Part shown: positions 28,321-39,149 of the stretch, one piece after another
Numbering within the stretch: the stretch's first letter is position 1
Layout: the number at the start of each line of letters is the position of its first letter
NCBI GenBank assembly: GCA_947571655.1
Contig: CANOYR010000003.1
Location: 3,408 to 67,407 of the forward strand
DNA from: an uncultured Bacillales bacterium
GTDB taxonomy: Bacteria > Bacillota_I > Bacilli_A > RF39 > UBA660
Length of the DNA: 64,000 nt
Direction of reading: 5' to 3'
The notes under the pieces: model-generated
The model's database searches: none
What the model was told of the DNA's origin: nothing
The model's input: only the letters and a program-made list of their open reading frames with translations
Translations under genes and position numbers: made by a program

Positions 28321-28872
28321 ATGAGATTATATTTAATTAGTGGTCGAGCGAGGAATGGAAAAGGTACGATGAGTCAATTAATTCAAGAAGAATATGAGAT
28401 TCGTCATAAGAGAGTATGTTTTATCCAATTAATGAGACCTTTAAAATGGTTATTGCAAGATTATTTTGGTTGGGATGGAAAAGAAGAAACGAAGCCTAGA
28501 GAAAAATTGCAAAAAATGGGGACAGAACTGATTCGTGAACAGTTAGAAATGCCATTATATTTTATCGATCGTTTAACTGAGAATATCAAAATATTGGAAT
28601 CGTTTTATGATGTTTTTTTGGTAACAGATGTTAGGTTACCATTGGAAATTGAAACTTTAAAAAGTCGTTTTCCTGGAGCAGTTAGTATTCATATAAATAG
28701 AATCAATTATAAGAGTGAATTACATGAAAAAGAACAGGTTCATTATACAGAAGTTGCACTGGATGGATATCAGGACTTTGATTATGAAGTGGTGAATGAA
28801 TCTCTTTTAGAACTAAAAAAATCTGTAAAAGAAATAGTAAGTGAGGTAGAGAAGAATGAAAAAGATGAGTAG
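28321..28872 (+). CDS. P-loop deoxynucleoside monophosphate kinase-like protein (T4 gp1-like family)
   Basis: P-loop LISGRARNGKGT. The segments REKLQKMGTELI, LVTDVRLP...AVSIHINR and HYTEV follow the layout of T4 dNMP kinase. The stop overlaps the alaS start. Confidence 0.5.
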   Translation: MRLYLISGRARNGKGTMSQLIQEEYEIRHKRVCFIQLMRPLKWLLQDYFGWDGKEETKPREKLQKMGTELIREQLEMPLYFIDRLTENIKILESFYDVFLVTDVRLPLEIETLKSRFPGAVSIHINRINYKSELHEKEQVHYTEVALDGYQDFDYEVVNESLLELKKSVKEIVSEVEKNEKDE

Positions 28873-31537
28873 TACAGAAATTAGGAATATGTGGTATCGC
28901 TTCTTTGAGAAAAAGGGACATGCCAAAATGCCTAGTGCTTCTTTAATTCCACAAGATGATAAAAGTTTATTATGGATTAATGCAGGAGTTGCGCCATTAA
29001 AAAAATATTTTGATGGTAGCGAAGTTCCAGAAAATAGAAGAATTGTAAATATTCAAAAGTGTATACGAACGAATGATATTGAAAATGTTGGACTTACAGC
29101 AAGACATCAAACATTCTTTGAAATGATGGGGAATTTTTCGATTGGAGATTACTTTAAAGAAGAAGCGATTGAATTTGCTTTTGAGCTTTTGACAGGGAAA
29201 GAATGGTTTGCAATTCCAAAGGAAAAACTTTATTTTACGGTTTATACGGAGGATCAAACAGCCTACGAAAAGTGGTTGAGTTTGGGGGTTTCTCCAGATC
29301 ATGTTATAAAATTAGATGGGAATTTTTGGGAAATTGGAGAGGGTCCTTGTGGACCAGATTCTGAAATTTTCTTTGATCGTGGTGAAAAGTATGATCCAAA
29401 AAAAGATGCGCTTCAAAAATTTAAAAAAGATGAGGATCAGGAGCGATATGTAGAAATTTGGAATAATGTATTTAGTCAGTTTAATTCTAAAGAAAATGTT
29501 CCTCGTGAAAAGTATCAGGAACTTCCTAGCAAAAATATTGATACTGGTGCAGGACTGGAACGTTGGGCATGTATTTTTCAGGGAGTAGATTCTAACTTTG
29601 ATACAGATTTGTTTGTTCCTATTATTAAAAAAATTGAGGAATTAAGTGGTGTTTTATATAATGGGGAATCTTCCTTTAAAATCATTGCGGATCATATTCG
29701 TACGATTACAGTTGCTTTGTCTGATGGAGCTATTTTTGAAAATGTAGGACGTGGATATGTTCTTAGAAGATTACTGAGAAGAAGTGTACGAATGGGAAAG
29801 AAATTAGGGTTAAATGAACCATTTCTTTATAAGCTTGTTCATACAGTTATTCAAATTATGGAAGAATCTTATCCTACATTAAGAGAAACTCAAGGAGATG
29901 TTGAAACTCTTGTTTATGAAGAGGAACAATTGTTTCATAAAACGCTTGCTTCTGGAGAACGTAGGCTTTTAGAATTGATGAAAAAAGCAGGGAAAAAAGT
30001 AATTTCTGGAAGTGAGGTTTTCAAGCTGTATGATACTTATGGATTTCCTTATGAGCTTACTTTAGAATATCTAGAAGAAAAGGGATTTACAACCTCACGT
30101 GAAGAATTTGATCGATGTATGGAGGAACAGAAATTTCTTGCGAAGTCTTCAAGAAAGCAAGAAGCAAATATGAATATTCAAAATGAGGCACTTTTGTCTT
30201 TTCAAGAAGCAAGTGAATTTCAATATCATACTTATACATTGAAGGGAAAAGTAATTGGGTTATTTCATAAAGAAAAACAAGTGGAGACTTTAGAAAAAGA
30301 GGGGTTTGTAATTTTAGATAAAACTTGTTTTTATGCAGAAAGTGGAGGACAGGTTAGTGATACTGGGATGTTGATTAGTAATACTGTGAAGGCAAGAGTA
30401 CTTAGTGTGATGAAGGCTCCAAATGGCCAAAATCTTCATAAGATTAAGATTTTGGATGGAAAAATGAAACTGGGAGACACTTTAAAGGCAACTATTGATG
30501 AAGTACGACGTCATGAAATTGAAGTTAATCATTCTTCTGTTCATCTTCTTCAATATGCCCTTCAGAATATAATTAGTGATACCATTCATCAGGCGGGAAG
30601 TAAGGTAGATGAAGATTCTCTTCGTTTTGATTTTACTTATACTGGAAAATTATTAGATGAAAAAATCATAGAAGTAGAAAAATTTTTAAATCAATACATT
30701 GAAAGAAATATAGAATCTGAAACAGAGATTATGACTTTGGAAGATGCTAAAAAAACAAAAGCTATGGCGTTATTTAGTGAAAAATATAAAAACCAAGTAC
30801 GTGTGGTAACGATTGGAGATTCTAAAGAATTATGTGGAGGAACACATATTAAGAATACTTCAGAAATTAAAAAAATTGCTATTTTTAATGTAGAGTCTAA
30901 AGGAAGTAATATCTATCGAATTGAGGCAGTAACGAATGACAAAATTGAAGATAAATTAATGGAAGTTATTAAGCCATATAATGATGAAAAAATTAAGTTA
31001 TTAATGAAGGCAAGAAACATCATTAGTAAGGCGAAGGCAGAGGGGATTTTTCTAGACTTTGATATTCAAATTGATAATAAAGAACCAGAGAGCTATTGTG
31101 ATCTTGTTTCTGAGAGAAATGAATTAGAATATACTCAAGTAGAAGTAAAAGAGTTAGAAAAGAAGTATCAACAAGAAAAGCAAAAACAGGCTTTAAAAAA
31201 TACAGCTATTTATGAGGATAGAATTGAAGAAATTCATGGGGTAAAAGTGCTTTTAATGCAGTTAGAGGATCAAGATAATACAGTATTGAAAAATATTATT
31301 GATGATCTTTTAAATAATATGGGAAAAGGATTAATTTTGTTTGCTAATTGTAAGGGGGAAAATGTTAATTTTATTGCACGAAGTAACATTGATTGTAGTG
31401 CAGGAGATATTGTAAAAATGGCAAGTCAACTTTCTTCTGGAAATGGTGGTGGTAGTCAGACATTTGCACAAGGTGGCGGCAAAACTACGAAACATATTTC
31501 GGAAATCTTTGATAAAATTAGGGAACAATTTTCATGA
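28856..31537 (+). CDS. alaS: Alanine--tRNA ligase
   Basis: Class II catalytic core (FFEKKGH...LIP...WINAGV), an editing domain with HxxxH...CGGTH, and a C-terminal DHHA1-like domain. Confidence 0.9.
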   Translation: MKKMSSTEIRNMWYRFFEKKGHAKMPSASLIPQDDKSLLWINAGVAPLKKYFDGSEVPENRRIVNIQKCIRTNDIENVGLTARHQTFFEMMGNFSIGDYFKEEAIEFAFELLTGKEWFAIPKEKLYFTVYTEDQTAYEKWLSLGVSPDHVIKLDGNFWEIGEGPCGPDSEIFFDRGEKYDPKKDALQKFKKDEDQERYVEIWNNVFSQFNSKENVPREKYQELPSKNIDTGAGLERWACIFQGVDSNFDTDLFVPIIKKIEELSGVLYNGESSFKIIADHIRTITVALSDGAIFENVGRGYVLRRLLRRSVRMGKKLGLNEPFLYKLVHTVIQIMEESYPTLRETQGDVETLVYEEEQLFHKTLASGERRLLELMKKAGKKVISGSEVFKLYDTYGFPYELTLEYLEEKGFTTSREEFDRCMEEQKFLAKSSRKQEANMNIQNEALLSFQEASEFQYHTYTLKGKVIGLFHKEKQVETLEKEGFVILDKTCFYAESGGQVSDTGMLISNTVKARVLSVMKAPNGQNLHKIKILDGKMKLGDTLKATIDEVRRHEIEVNHSSVHLLQYALQNIISDTIHQAGSKVDEDSLRFDFTYTGKLLDEKIIEVEKFLNQYIERNIESETEIMTLEDAKKTKAMALFSEKYKNQVRVVTIGDSKELCGGTHIKNTSEIKKIAIFNVESKGSNIYRIEAVTNDKIEDKLMEVIKPYNDEKIKLLMKARNIISKAKAEGIFLDFDIQIDNKEPESYCDLVSERNELEYTQVEVKELEKKYQQEKQKQALKNTAIYEDRIEEIHGVKVLLMQLEDQDNTVLKNIIDDLLNNMGKGLILFANCKGENVNFIARSNIDCSAGDIVKMASQLSSGNGGGSQTFAQGGGKTTKHISEIFDKIREQFS

Positions 31538-32466
31538 ATTGTTTATATGTAATTGTATCTAATGATCAAGTTACGATTGATGCTCAAATAAAAAAACTTT
31601 GTCCTAATTCTAATGGTTTAGAACGTATTTTTTATGATTTGTTAGAAACTCCGATTGAAAGAGTTATTGAAGACTTGGATACTTATAATTTTTTTACGAA
31701 GAAAAAGGTAGTGATAGCAACGAATGCTACTTTTTTATCGAATGAAAAGAAAAAAGGAGAAATTGAGCATCAATTAAATTCATTTGAAAAGTATCTTAAA
31801 AATCCAAACCCAGAAAATATTTTAGTATTGATTACTGATAGTTTAGATAAACGAAAAAAAATTGTTACAGCCCTTTTAGAAAAAGCAACTGTTTTAGATA
31901 AAGAGCTTTCTTTAAATGTTGTTTTAAAAGATCAATTATTAGATTTTAAAATGGAACAACAAACTTTAGATTATTTGATTACTTATTGTGGAAATCAAAA
32001 GGAGAGAGTTTTAAAAGAAATTGAGAAATTAAAGATATATAAATGGGAAGAAAAAGAAATTACTATTTTTGATGTTCAAGAAATTGTCTTTAAAAATCTG
32101 GAAAATAATATTTATTCATTAGTAGATTCTATTTTGAATGCTAATAAGAGGGATTCATTTTCTAAGTATCAAGATTTACTATTACAAGGGGAACAAGCTA
32201 GTAGTATTTTGAGTAAACTCGCAAATAAAATTCGTTTAATTTATCAGGTAAAAATTTTATTAAATGAAGGATTTCGGGATTTGGAAATAGCGAAGCAATT
32301 AAATATGCATCCCTATCCTATAAAACTTGCTAGAGAAGCTTCTTATCAATATAGTGAAAAGTTGTTAATGGAATATCTTTTAAAGTTAGCTCAAGTAGAT
32401 TTAGAAATGAAAAGTGGAAATCCTGTAGCTAATCTCTCTTTAGAAGTTTTTATTGCAAGTATTTAA
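31534..32466 (+). CDS. holA: DNA polymerase III delta subunit-like
   Basis: N-terminal delta-fold pattern (IYVIV..., LETPIE..., FFTKKKVVIATNATF, LEKYLKNPNPENILVLI) and about 310 aa in length. It overlaps the alaS stop. Confidence 0.5.
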   Translation: MNCLYVIVSNDQVTIDAQIKKLCPNSNGLERIFYDLLETPIERVIEDLDTYNFFTKKKVVIATNATFLSNEKKKGEIEHQLNSFEKYLKNPNPENILVLITDSLDKRKKIVTALLEKATVLDKELSLNVVLKDQLLDFKMEQQTLDYLITYCGNQKERVLKEIEKLKIYKWEEKEITIFDVQEIVFKNLENNIYSLVDSILNANKRDSFSKYQDLLLQGEQASSILSKLANKIRLIYQVKILLNEGFRDLEIAKQLNMHPYPIKLAREASYQYSEKLLMEYLLKLAQVDLEMKSGNPVANLSLEVFIASI

Positions 32467-32886
32467 GTATTTTTAATGATTAAGAAGTGTATGATGAATA
32501 TTGTTTTGAAAATGAAAAAGAATGAAGGAATCGCATAAAACAAAACTGTCCTGAAGTAGTATTTAGTGAAATGGAAAACGAAGTATGATTTTGCTAATCA
32601 TTCTTTGTTTTTATATACAAAAAATTTTTAATTATTTGGAAAATCTTGATAAAACTTAAAAAAATAACTAAATAGTAAGAAAATTTTGAAGGTATTTCAA
32701 TTTTTTTAAGAAGCATTGATTTCGTATATTAATTTATGATATCTTAGGAATATTAGGAGAATATTTTTTATTTTAATTTAGTGAGTTTAACAAAAAGTTA
32801 ACAATTTTTATTTTTTTATGGAACAATAAAAAAAAATCGAGTATAATAAAATCAAGGAAAATGGATTATAGGAAAGGGATGCTTAT

Positions 32887-33603
32887 ATGTTAGATGTGAA
32901 TTTGATTCCAACACCACATATTGAGAGTGAGTTATCACAAATTGCTAAAAATGTAATTATGCCAGGAGATCCTTTGCGTGCCAAGTATATTGCCGAAAAT
33001 TTTTTAGAGAATGTTATTTGTGTGAATACAGTACGCAACTGTCTTGGGTATACAGGAATTTATAAAGGAGAAAAGGTTACTGTTTTTGCTTCTGGAATGG
33101 GAATGCCTAGTATTGGGATTTATTCTTATGAACTATTTAAGTACTATGGAGTTGAGAATATTATTCGAATTGGGACTGCTGGTAGCTATAGTAAAGATAT
33201 TCAAATCTTAGATATCATTTTATCTAAAAAATCGTATTCAGATAGTAGTTATGCAAAAGTTCAGAATGGATATGAAAAAAATTTTATTGAATCATCTGAT
33301 ATTTTAAATGAAAAAATTATAAAAACAGCAGAGAAGCAAAAAATAAATGTTAAGCAATTAGATATTTATTCTAGTGATGTTTTTTATAATGATATAGAAA
33401 GCAGTCTTCTTAAAAAATATCAATTAGAAATCGTTGAAATGGAATCTTTTGCTTTATTTCATAATGCTAAAGTTTTAGGAAAAAATGCGACTTGTCTTTT
33501 GACAATTTCAAATAATTTTAAAACGGGAGAAGAAACAACATCGAAGATGCGAGAACAGGGACTAAAAGAGATGATACAACTTGCGTTAGAATCTTGTTTA
33601 TAA
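32887..33603 (+). CDS. deoD: Purine nucleoside phosphorylase DeoD-type
   Basis: PNP/UDP-1 family motifs (IMPGDPLRAKYIAE, GTAGS, EMES). Confidence 0.8.
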   Translation: MLDVNLIPTPHIESELSQIAKNVIMPGDPLRAKYIAENFLENVICVNTVRNCLGYTGIYKGEKVTVFASGMGMPSIGIYSYELFKYYGVENIIRIGTAGSYSKDIQILDIILSKKSYSDSSYAKVQNGYEKNFIESSDILNEKIIKTAEKQKINVKQLDIYSSDVFYNDIESSLLKKYQLEIVEMESFALFHNAKVLGKNATCLLTISNNFKTGEETTSKMREQGLKEMIQLALESCL

Positions 33604-33642
33604 AATAAAAATAAGGACATACTATAGAAGAGGTGAAATATT

Positions 33643-34917
33643 TTGAATTATAAAAAATTAGATATGGGTTCTTTTCAACTCCATTTAATTTCTACAAATC
33701 GCTTTAAGACAATTTTAACAAGGGTTTGTCTTAGAGATAAGATTGTCAAAGAAGAAATTACATTACGGAATTTTTTAACTAACTTTTTAACATATTCTAC
33801 TGCCACCTATAAGACGAAAAGAGACCTTGTTTTAAAATCCCAAGACTTATATGCTGCGAATATTTATACTAAGGTTTATCGTGCTGGAAACTATAATATG
33901 ATGAGTTTTTATTTATCCACATTAGAGGAGAAATATACAGAAGAGGGAATGCTTGCAGAGTCGATTGCTCTTTTATCAGATATCATTTTTCATCCAAATT
34001 TTGAAGAGGAAGAATATTTTCAAGAAGCATTTCATTTTTTATATAACTCTATGGAAAATGCAATTCAAGGATTAAAAGAAGATCCAACGCTTTATTCGAC
34101 GGTTCGAATGTTAGAACATTTGGGAGATGGAGCTCCTTATTCTTTTTATGAGCATGGGTATATTGAGGATTTAGAAAAGATTAACCGTGATCTTTTAAAA
34201 GAATACTATCAAAAGGTGATGAATCATAGTCTTGTTGATATTTATGTAATTGGAAACTTTGATGATACAAAGATTGTAGAAATTATGAAGCAGCAAATGC
34301 AATTTGAAACATTTAAAAGACCTAAAGAATCTCAAATTTTGTATCATGAAAAAATGCCAAAGAAGATTAAAACAATCAAGGAAAGTACTGAGGGATCTCA
34401 GTCGAAATTATCGATTGGATGTAAGATTGATCGTTTAGATGAATTTGAAAGAAACTATGTTTTGACAATTTATAATTTCTTATTAGGAAGTGGAAGTGAA
34501 TCTAAGTTTTTTAGAATTATTCGAGAACAAAATTCTTTGGCTTATTATATTTATTCTTCTTTAAATAAATTGGATCATTTAATGATTATCCGTGCAGGAA
34601 TTTCGAAGGATAGTTTTAACCAGACCGTAAAACTTGTAAAAAAATTGATGAAAGAGATGGAAGATGGAAAGTTTGATGAAGAGAGTATAGAAGTTGCGAA
34701 GAGTAATTACATCACTTTCTTAAAAGAAATCGAAGATAATGAAAGTGCGATTATTGAAACCTATTTGGCAAAAGATTTATTAAATTTAGGAAATATTGAG
34801 GAAAGAAAAAAAGAAATTCAGAAAGTAACAAAAGAAGATATTATGAGAGTTGCTAAGAAAGTTAAAATAGATACCGTCTTTCTTTTGGAAGGAGATGTGG
34901 AAAATGAAGGAGATTAA
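33643..34917 (+). CDS. M16-family peptidase-like protein (non-catalytic partner, lacks HxxEH)
   Basis: Insulinase-like fold length and layout with no intact zinc motif. It pairs with the downstream catalytic M16 gene, as ymfF/ymfH do. Confidence 0.6.
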   Translation: MNYKKLDMGSFQLHLISTNRFKTILTRVCLRDKIVKEEITLRNFLTNFLTYSTATYKTKRDLVLKSQDLYAANIYTKVYRAGNYNMMSFYLSTLEEKYTEEGMLAESIALLSDIIFHPNFEEEEYFQEAFHFLYNSMENAIQGLKEDPTLYSTVRMLEHLGDGAPYSFYEHGYIEDLEKINRDLLKEYYQKVMNHSLVDIYVIGNFDDTKIVEIMKQQMQFETFKRPKESQILYHEKMPKKIKTIKESTEGSQSKLSIGCKIDRLDEFERNYVLTIYNFLLGSGSESKFFRIIREQNSLAYYIYSSLNKLDHLMIIRAGISKDSFNQTVKLVKKLMKEMEDGKFDEESIEVAKSNYITFLKEIEDNESAIIETYLAKDLLNLGNIEERKKEIQKVTKEDIMRVAKKVKIDTVFLLEGDVENEGD

Positions 34918-36178
34918 ATTAGTTGGATTGGATCAAAGTGTTTTTTATGAAAAATTAGAAAATGGATTACAAGTTTACTTAATACCATATCAAAATAAAA
35001 CCAATTATACTATGCATTATGTAACTAAATTTGGTTCTATTAATACCAATTTTTGTCCAATTGGAGAAAAAAAGTGTATTCAAGTGCCAGATGGGATTGC
35101 TCATTTTTTAGAGCATAAAATGTTTGAACAGGAAGACGGGATTGATCCATTTACTTTTGCATCAAAATCGGGAACAACCTCGAATGCTTCTACGAGTTAT
35201 AAGATTACTCGGTATTATTTTGAGGGAAGTAATAATTTTAAAGAAAATTTAGATTATTTATTAACTTATATTCATAGTCCTTATTTTACTGAAGAAAATG
35301 TCGAGAAAGAGAAAGGAATTATTGGGGAGGAGATTAAACAATATGATGATGAAATCGATTGGATATTAGATGAGGAGTTAAGAAAATCTATCTTTCAAAA
35401 AGATCCAACTAGGCTTGATATTGCAGGTACTATTGAGTCGATTGATAAAATTACTAAGGATCTTTTATATCAGACCTATGAAACTTATTATCAGCCTAGT
35501 AATATGATATTATTAATCAGTGGTGCATTCGATCAAGAAGAGGCATTAGAAGTTATTAAGAATAATCAAGCTTTGAATAATGCAAAAACCAATCATTCTA
35601 TTAAAGAAAAGAGTGAAAAGGAACCCTTAGAAGTTGCCAGAAGCGAATATAGTTTTACATTTCCTATTGTTAATCCAAAGGTTGCCTATGGGATTAAAAT
35701 TCCAGTAAAGGAAATTAAGGATAAATATAGATTTAATTTATATGTTGGGATGATTTTAAATGTCTTATTTGGGTTATCTTCTCGGTTTAGAGAGCGAATG
35801 AAGAAAGAAAAGTTGATGACTTCTTTTTATAACGAACGTAATTTTGTAGGGGATTATTTAGTGATTAGTTTTTATGCAGATAGTAAAGATGCAAAAAAAT
35901 TAGTGAATGAAATTAAGAAGGAATTGAAATCTGGAAAAATTGAAGAAGAAGAGATTGAAAGGCTAAAAAAAGTATGGATTTCATCAGAAGTAGTGATGAT
36001 AGATAATATTGCTTTAACTTTAGATAATCTTTTAGATGATATTATTAATTATGGAAAAGTTATTGAGGATAAAATTAGTTTATATAAATCCTTAAATAAA
36101 AAGGAATTAGATGAGATTATGAAAAAGATAGATTTTGAAAATGATAGTGTTGTTTATGTAACACCAAAAGAATCATAA
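34895..36178 (+). CDS. M16-family zinc peptidase (insulinase-like)
   Basis: Inverted zinc motif HFLEHKMFE with a downstream Glu. RBS ggaaggag sits upstream and the start overlaps the previous gene. Confidence 0.7.
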   Translation: MWKMKEIKLVGLDQSVFYEKLENGLQVYLIPYQNKTNYTMHYVTKFGSINTNFCPIGEKKCIQVPDGIAHFLEHKMFEQEDGIDPFTFASKSGTTSNASTSYKITRYYFEGSNNFKENLDYLLTYIHSPYFTEENVEKEKGIIGEEIKQYDDEIDWILDEELRKSIFQKDPTRLDIAGTIESIDKITKDLLYQTYETYYQPSNMILLISGAFDQEEALEVIKNNQALNNAKTNHSIKEKSEKEPLEVARSEYSFTFPIVNPKVAYGIKIPVKEIKDKYRFNLYVGMILNVLFGLSSRFRERMKKEKLMTSFYNERNFVGDYLVISFYADSKDAKKLVNEIKKELKSGKIEEEEIERLKKVWISSEVVMIDNIALTLDNLLDDIINYGKVIEDKISLYKSLNKKELDEIMKKIDFENDSVVYVTPKES

Positions 36179-36215
36179 ATGTAAAAGCTTGTACATACAA
36201 ATAGAATAGGTGAGG

Positions 36216-37403
36216 ATGATGAAAAATAAAAAAATCCTAGTTACAAGTTTTGTGGTAGTAGTCCTTGGATTTACTACCTTTTTTAGTGGTTTTGGGAAAG
36301 TGGAATTACCAAAAAATGAAAAAAAACAAGTAGAAGAAAAGAGAGGGGTCTTTTTTTCCTATTTAGAAATTGAAGAATATTTTCAAAAGAAAGAAGAAAT
36401 AGAAGCGAAAAAAAAGATTCAGGAAATTCTTGATTTTTTAAAAGAAAAGAATTTTAATATGATTTTATTGCAAGTTCGTTCTTTTTCTGATGCGATTTAT
36501 CCATCCAAAATTTTTCCTCTTTCTAAATCTTTAACAGGAAACGAAAATGAAAGTTATCCATTTGATTTTCTAAAATATTTTATTGATGAGGCACATCAAA
36601 GAGGGATTGAAGTTCATGCTTGGATTAATCCTTATCGGATTAGAAATAATACAGATGTTAGCTCGATTAGTATCAAAAATCCAGCCTATGGATGGTTAGG
36701 AACAAATAAAGTGAAGGTAATTGAGAATCAAGGAATTTACTATAATCCAGCTTCTTTGGAAGTGCAGGATTTAATTGTCGAAGGGATTGTTGAATTGATT
36801 GAGAATTATGAAATTGATGGAATCCATTTTGATGATTATTTTTATCCAGATGATACAATCGATGAAGAGGAATATCAAGAGTATCAATTTACGATGTCTA
36901 GACAAGATTTTCATTTAGCACAAGTAAATCAATTAATTCGACGTGTTTATGAAATCGTAAAAAAGAAGAGTCTTATATTTGGAATTAGTCCAGAAGGAAA
37001 TATTGATAATAATTATCAAAGAAATTATGCAGATGTAAAAACATGGTTATCAGAAGAGGGATATATTGATTATATTATGCCTCAAATTTATTACGGATTT
37101 GAAAATGAAGTAAAGCCTTTTCAAAAGACATTGGAAGAATGGCAGACTTTGATTAAAAATGACGTAGATCTTATTCCTGCTTTAGCAATTTATAAATCGG
37201 GACTTTTGGATTCTTATGCTAAAAATGGTGAAAAAGAGTGGCAACAGCATTCAGATATTATTCAAAGAGAAATAGAATTTAGTAGAAAGATGCCAAACTA
37301 TAGAGGATTTTCTTTGTTTCGTTATGATTTTTTAACAGGAGATACTGAGAATCAAAACTTAAAAGAGGAAAGGGAACAAATTTTTGAGTTATTAAAAAAG
37401 TAG
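36216..37403 (+). CDS. Glycoside-hydrolase-like family 10 (GHL10/DUF187, YngK/YddW-like) exported protein
   Basis: N-terminal signal/TM (ILVTSFVVVVLGFTTFFSG) and a TIM-barrel-like core with EVHAWINPYR. Confidence 0.5.
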   Translation: MMKNKKILVTSFVVVVLGFTTFFSGFGKVELPKNEKKQVEEKRGVFFSYLEIEEYFQKKEEIEAKKKIQEILDFLKEKNFNMILLQVRSFSDAIYPSKIFPLSKSLTGNENESYPFDFLKYFIDEAHQRGIEVHAWINPYRIRNNTDVSSISIKNPAYGWLGTNKVKVIENQGIYYNPASLEVQDLIVEGIVELIENYEIDGIHFDDYFYPDDTIDEEEYQEYQFTMSRQDFHLAQVNQLIRRVYEIVKKKSLIFGISPEGNIDNNYQRNYADVKTWLSEEGYIDYIMPQIYYGFENEVKPFQKTLEEWQTLIKNDVDLIPALAIYKSGLLDSYAKNGEKEWQQHSDIIQREIEFSRKMPNYRGFSLFRYDFLTGDTENQNLKEEREQIFELLKK

Positions 37404-37420
37404 AGTTACTTTTAAAGACT

Positions 37421-38569
37421 TTACTTTTTCTTATAGATGGGAAATGCTTGATATTCTAAAGTTTTTAATTTTTGCTGTTCTTGAGCTTGAAAAACTGATA
37501 AATAGATTAGAAAGATTTGCTTTTCATATTCTAACATATCAGATGTACCTTTTGATAAAGTGCTAATCAAAGGAACGGGAATTTCTTTTTTGATATGATT
37601 TAAGTATTTTCTTCCTTTTTGGTTAAATCCTAGAATACGAATATATTGAATGCTTGAAAATTGTTTTGCTTTTTCTTTCGTGAAATTACATAAGATATGA
37701 CAACACATTCTCTGAATTCGGTTATAGGGGTATCGCTTGGTTTTTACTTTTTGAAGGAATTCATCCCAACTATTAACAGAAGAAATTATTTTTTTTATAC
37801 GATTTTCAATTCCCTCATCTACAGTTTGATAAATGGAAAGATCTTCTGAAGAGATTATCTTATATTTTAGAAAAGGAAAGTAAGCTTCTTCTAAATTTCC
37901 ATTTTCTTTTAGATATTCATAGATACTATCAGGAACAGTACCTTTAAATTCTTGTTTTTGTGCGATTGCTTTTCGAATGCTAGTAGCACTAGTGATTGTA
38001 GAAAAAATATGATGTTCATGAAAATTATTTGTTCTTTGAATCGTTTTAGGGATAATTTTACTTTTTTGTTTTATAATTTCTCTAATATAGGAAAAACCTA
38101 GTAAGTCGTTTGGTGTATTGACCATTTCTTGATTTGAAAAGGCTTTTGCAAAGGAAGCTGGATAACTTTCTCCTTTGGATAGGTAGAGCAAAACTTGTTT
38201 TTCAAAGTTCTTTTCTAAGGATTTTTTAGCGAGTGATATCAGTTTTTCGACATTATTACATTCACTTCCAAAGTAGATTTTTTGAACTTTTAAAAATTCT
38301 AAGATTTGTATTGCCCCTTTCGCAAAAATATCGGCACTTTGTGTGGCAAATGGGAAGGGGAGTTCTATCACTAAATCAATTTCATAATCAAGACATAATT
38401 TTGTTTTGGTATATTTGTCTAAATAGCAAGGAGTTCCTCGTTGTGTAAAGGTTGTTGTAATTACGGCGATAATTAAGGAATCTGGTTCGATGGTACGAAT
38501 TTGTTCTAAATGATAGAGATGTCCATTATGAAATGGATTGTATTCAGCAATTACTCCAATAATATTCAT
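37421..38569 (-). CDS. tmcAL: tRNA(Met) cytidine acetate ligase TmcAL (YlbM/UPF0348 nucleotidyltransferase)
   Basis: N-terminal HxGH motif (EYNPFHNGHLYH). It lies beside ylbN-rpmF as in Bacillus. Confidence 0.7.
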   Translation of the reverse strand: MNIIGVIAEYNPFHNGHLYHLEQIRTIEPDSLIIAVITTTFTQRGTPCYLDKYTKTKLCLDYEIDLVIELPFPFATQSADIFAKGAIQILEFLKVQKIYFGSECNNVEKLISLAKKSLEKNFEKQVLLYLSKGESYPASFAKAFSNQEMVNTPNDLLGFSYIREIIKQKSKIIPKTIQRTNNFHEHHIFSTITSATSIRKAIAQKQEFKGTVPDSIYEYLKENGNLEEAYFPFLKYKIISSEDLSIYQTVDEGIENRIKKIISSVNSWDEFLQKVKTKRYPYNRIQRMCCHILCNFTKEKAKQFSSIQYIRILGFNQKGRKYLNHIKKEIPVPLISTLSKGTSDMLEYEKQIFLIYLSVFQAQEQQKLKTLEYQAFPIYKKK

Positions 38570-38668
38570 AAACTTCCTCCCTTTACAATGAACCTATTAT
38601 ATCAAAAATTAAAAAAGAAAAGAAGAGTACTTGAAAAAAATAGAGATGTACTGTATAATGAATAAGCG

Positions 38669-39145
38669 GTGGTGGTCCTATTGCTTATTGATTTGACAGA
38701 ATTATTGCATTTTAAAAGAAAAGAAATTTTAATTGATGAGGTTTTTTCTTTTCCAGATTCTTATTTAATTGATTCTGAAATTAAAGGAATTGGACCAGTA
38801 ACAATCAAAGGAAAATGTCAGTTTGAGGATTCTAATATTATCATTTCTGGAAGTCTTAGTGGAGAGTTTGAATTATTAGATTCGATTAGTTTGGAGAAAA
38901 TTTCTTCTTCGTTTTCCTTTGAATTTGAAGAAATCTTATCAGAAAATATGAGAAATGATGAGAAATTTCTTGATATTACAGATATTTTATGGCAAAATAT
39001 TGTATTAGAAGTTCCTTTGAAACAAACAGAAGTCTCTGATTTTGGCAAATATCAAGGGGATGGTTGGAAATTAATATCCGAAGAGGAAGCCAAGGTTGGT
39101 AATCATCCTTTCGGTGAATTAGCGAATATGTGGGGAGAGGAGTGA
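38669..39145 (+). CDS. ylbN: YceD/DUF177 (YlbN-like) protein
   Basis: About 155-aa acidic protein directly upstream of rpmF. This is conserved synteny, but the start codon is uncertain (GTG/TTG). Confidence 0.6.
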   Translation: MVVLLLIDLTELLHFKRKEILIDEVFSFPDSYLIDSEIKGIGPVTIKGKCQFEDSNIIISGSLSGEFELLDSISLEKISSSFSFEFEEILSENMRNDEKFLDITDILWQNIVLEVPLKQTEVSDFGKYQGDGWKLISEEEAKVGNHPFGELANMWGEE

Positions 39146-39149
39146 TAAT

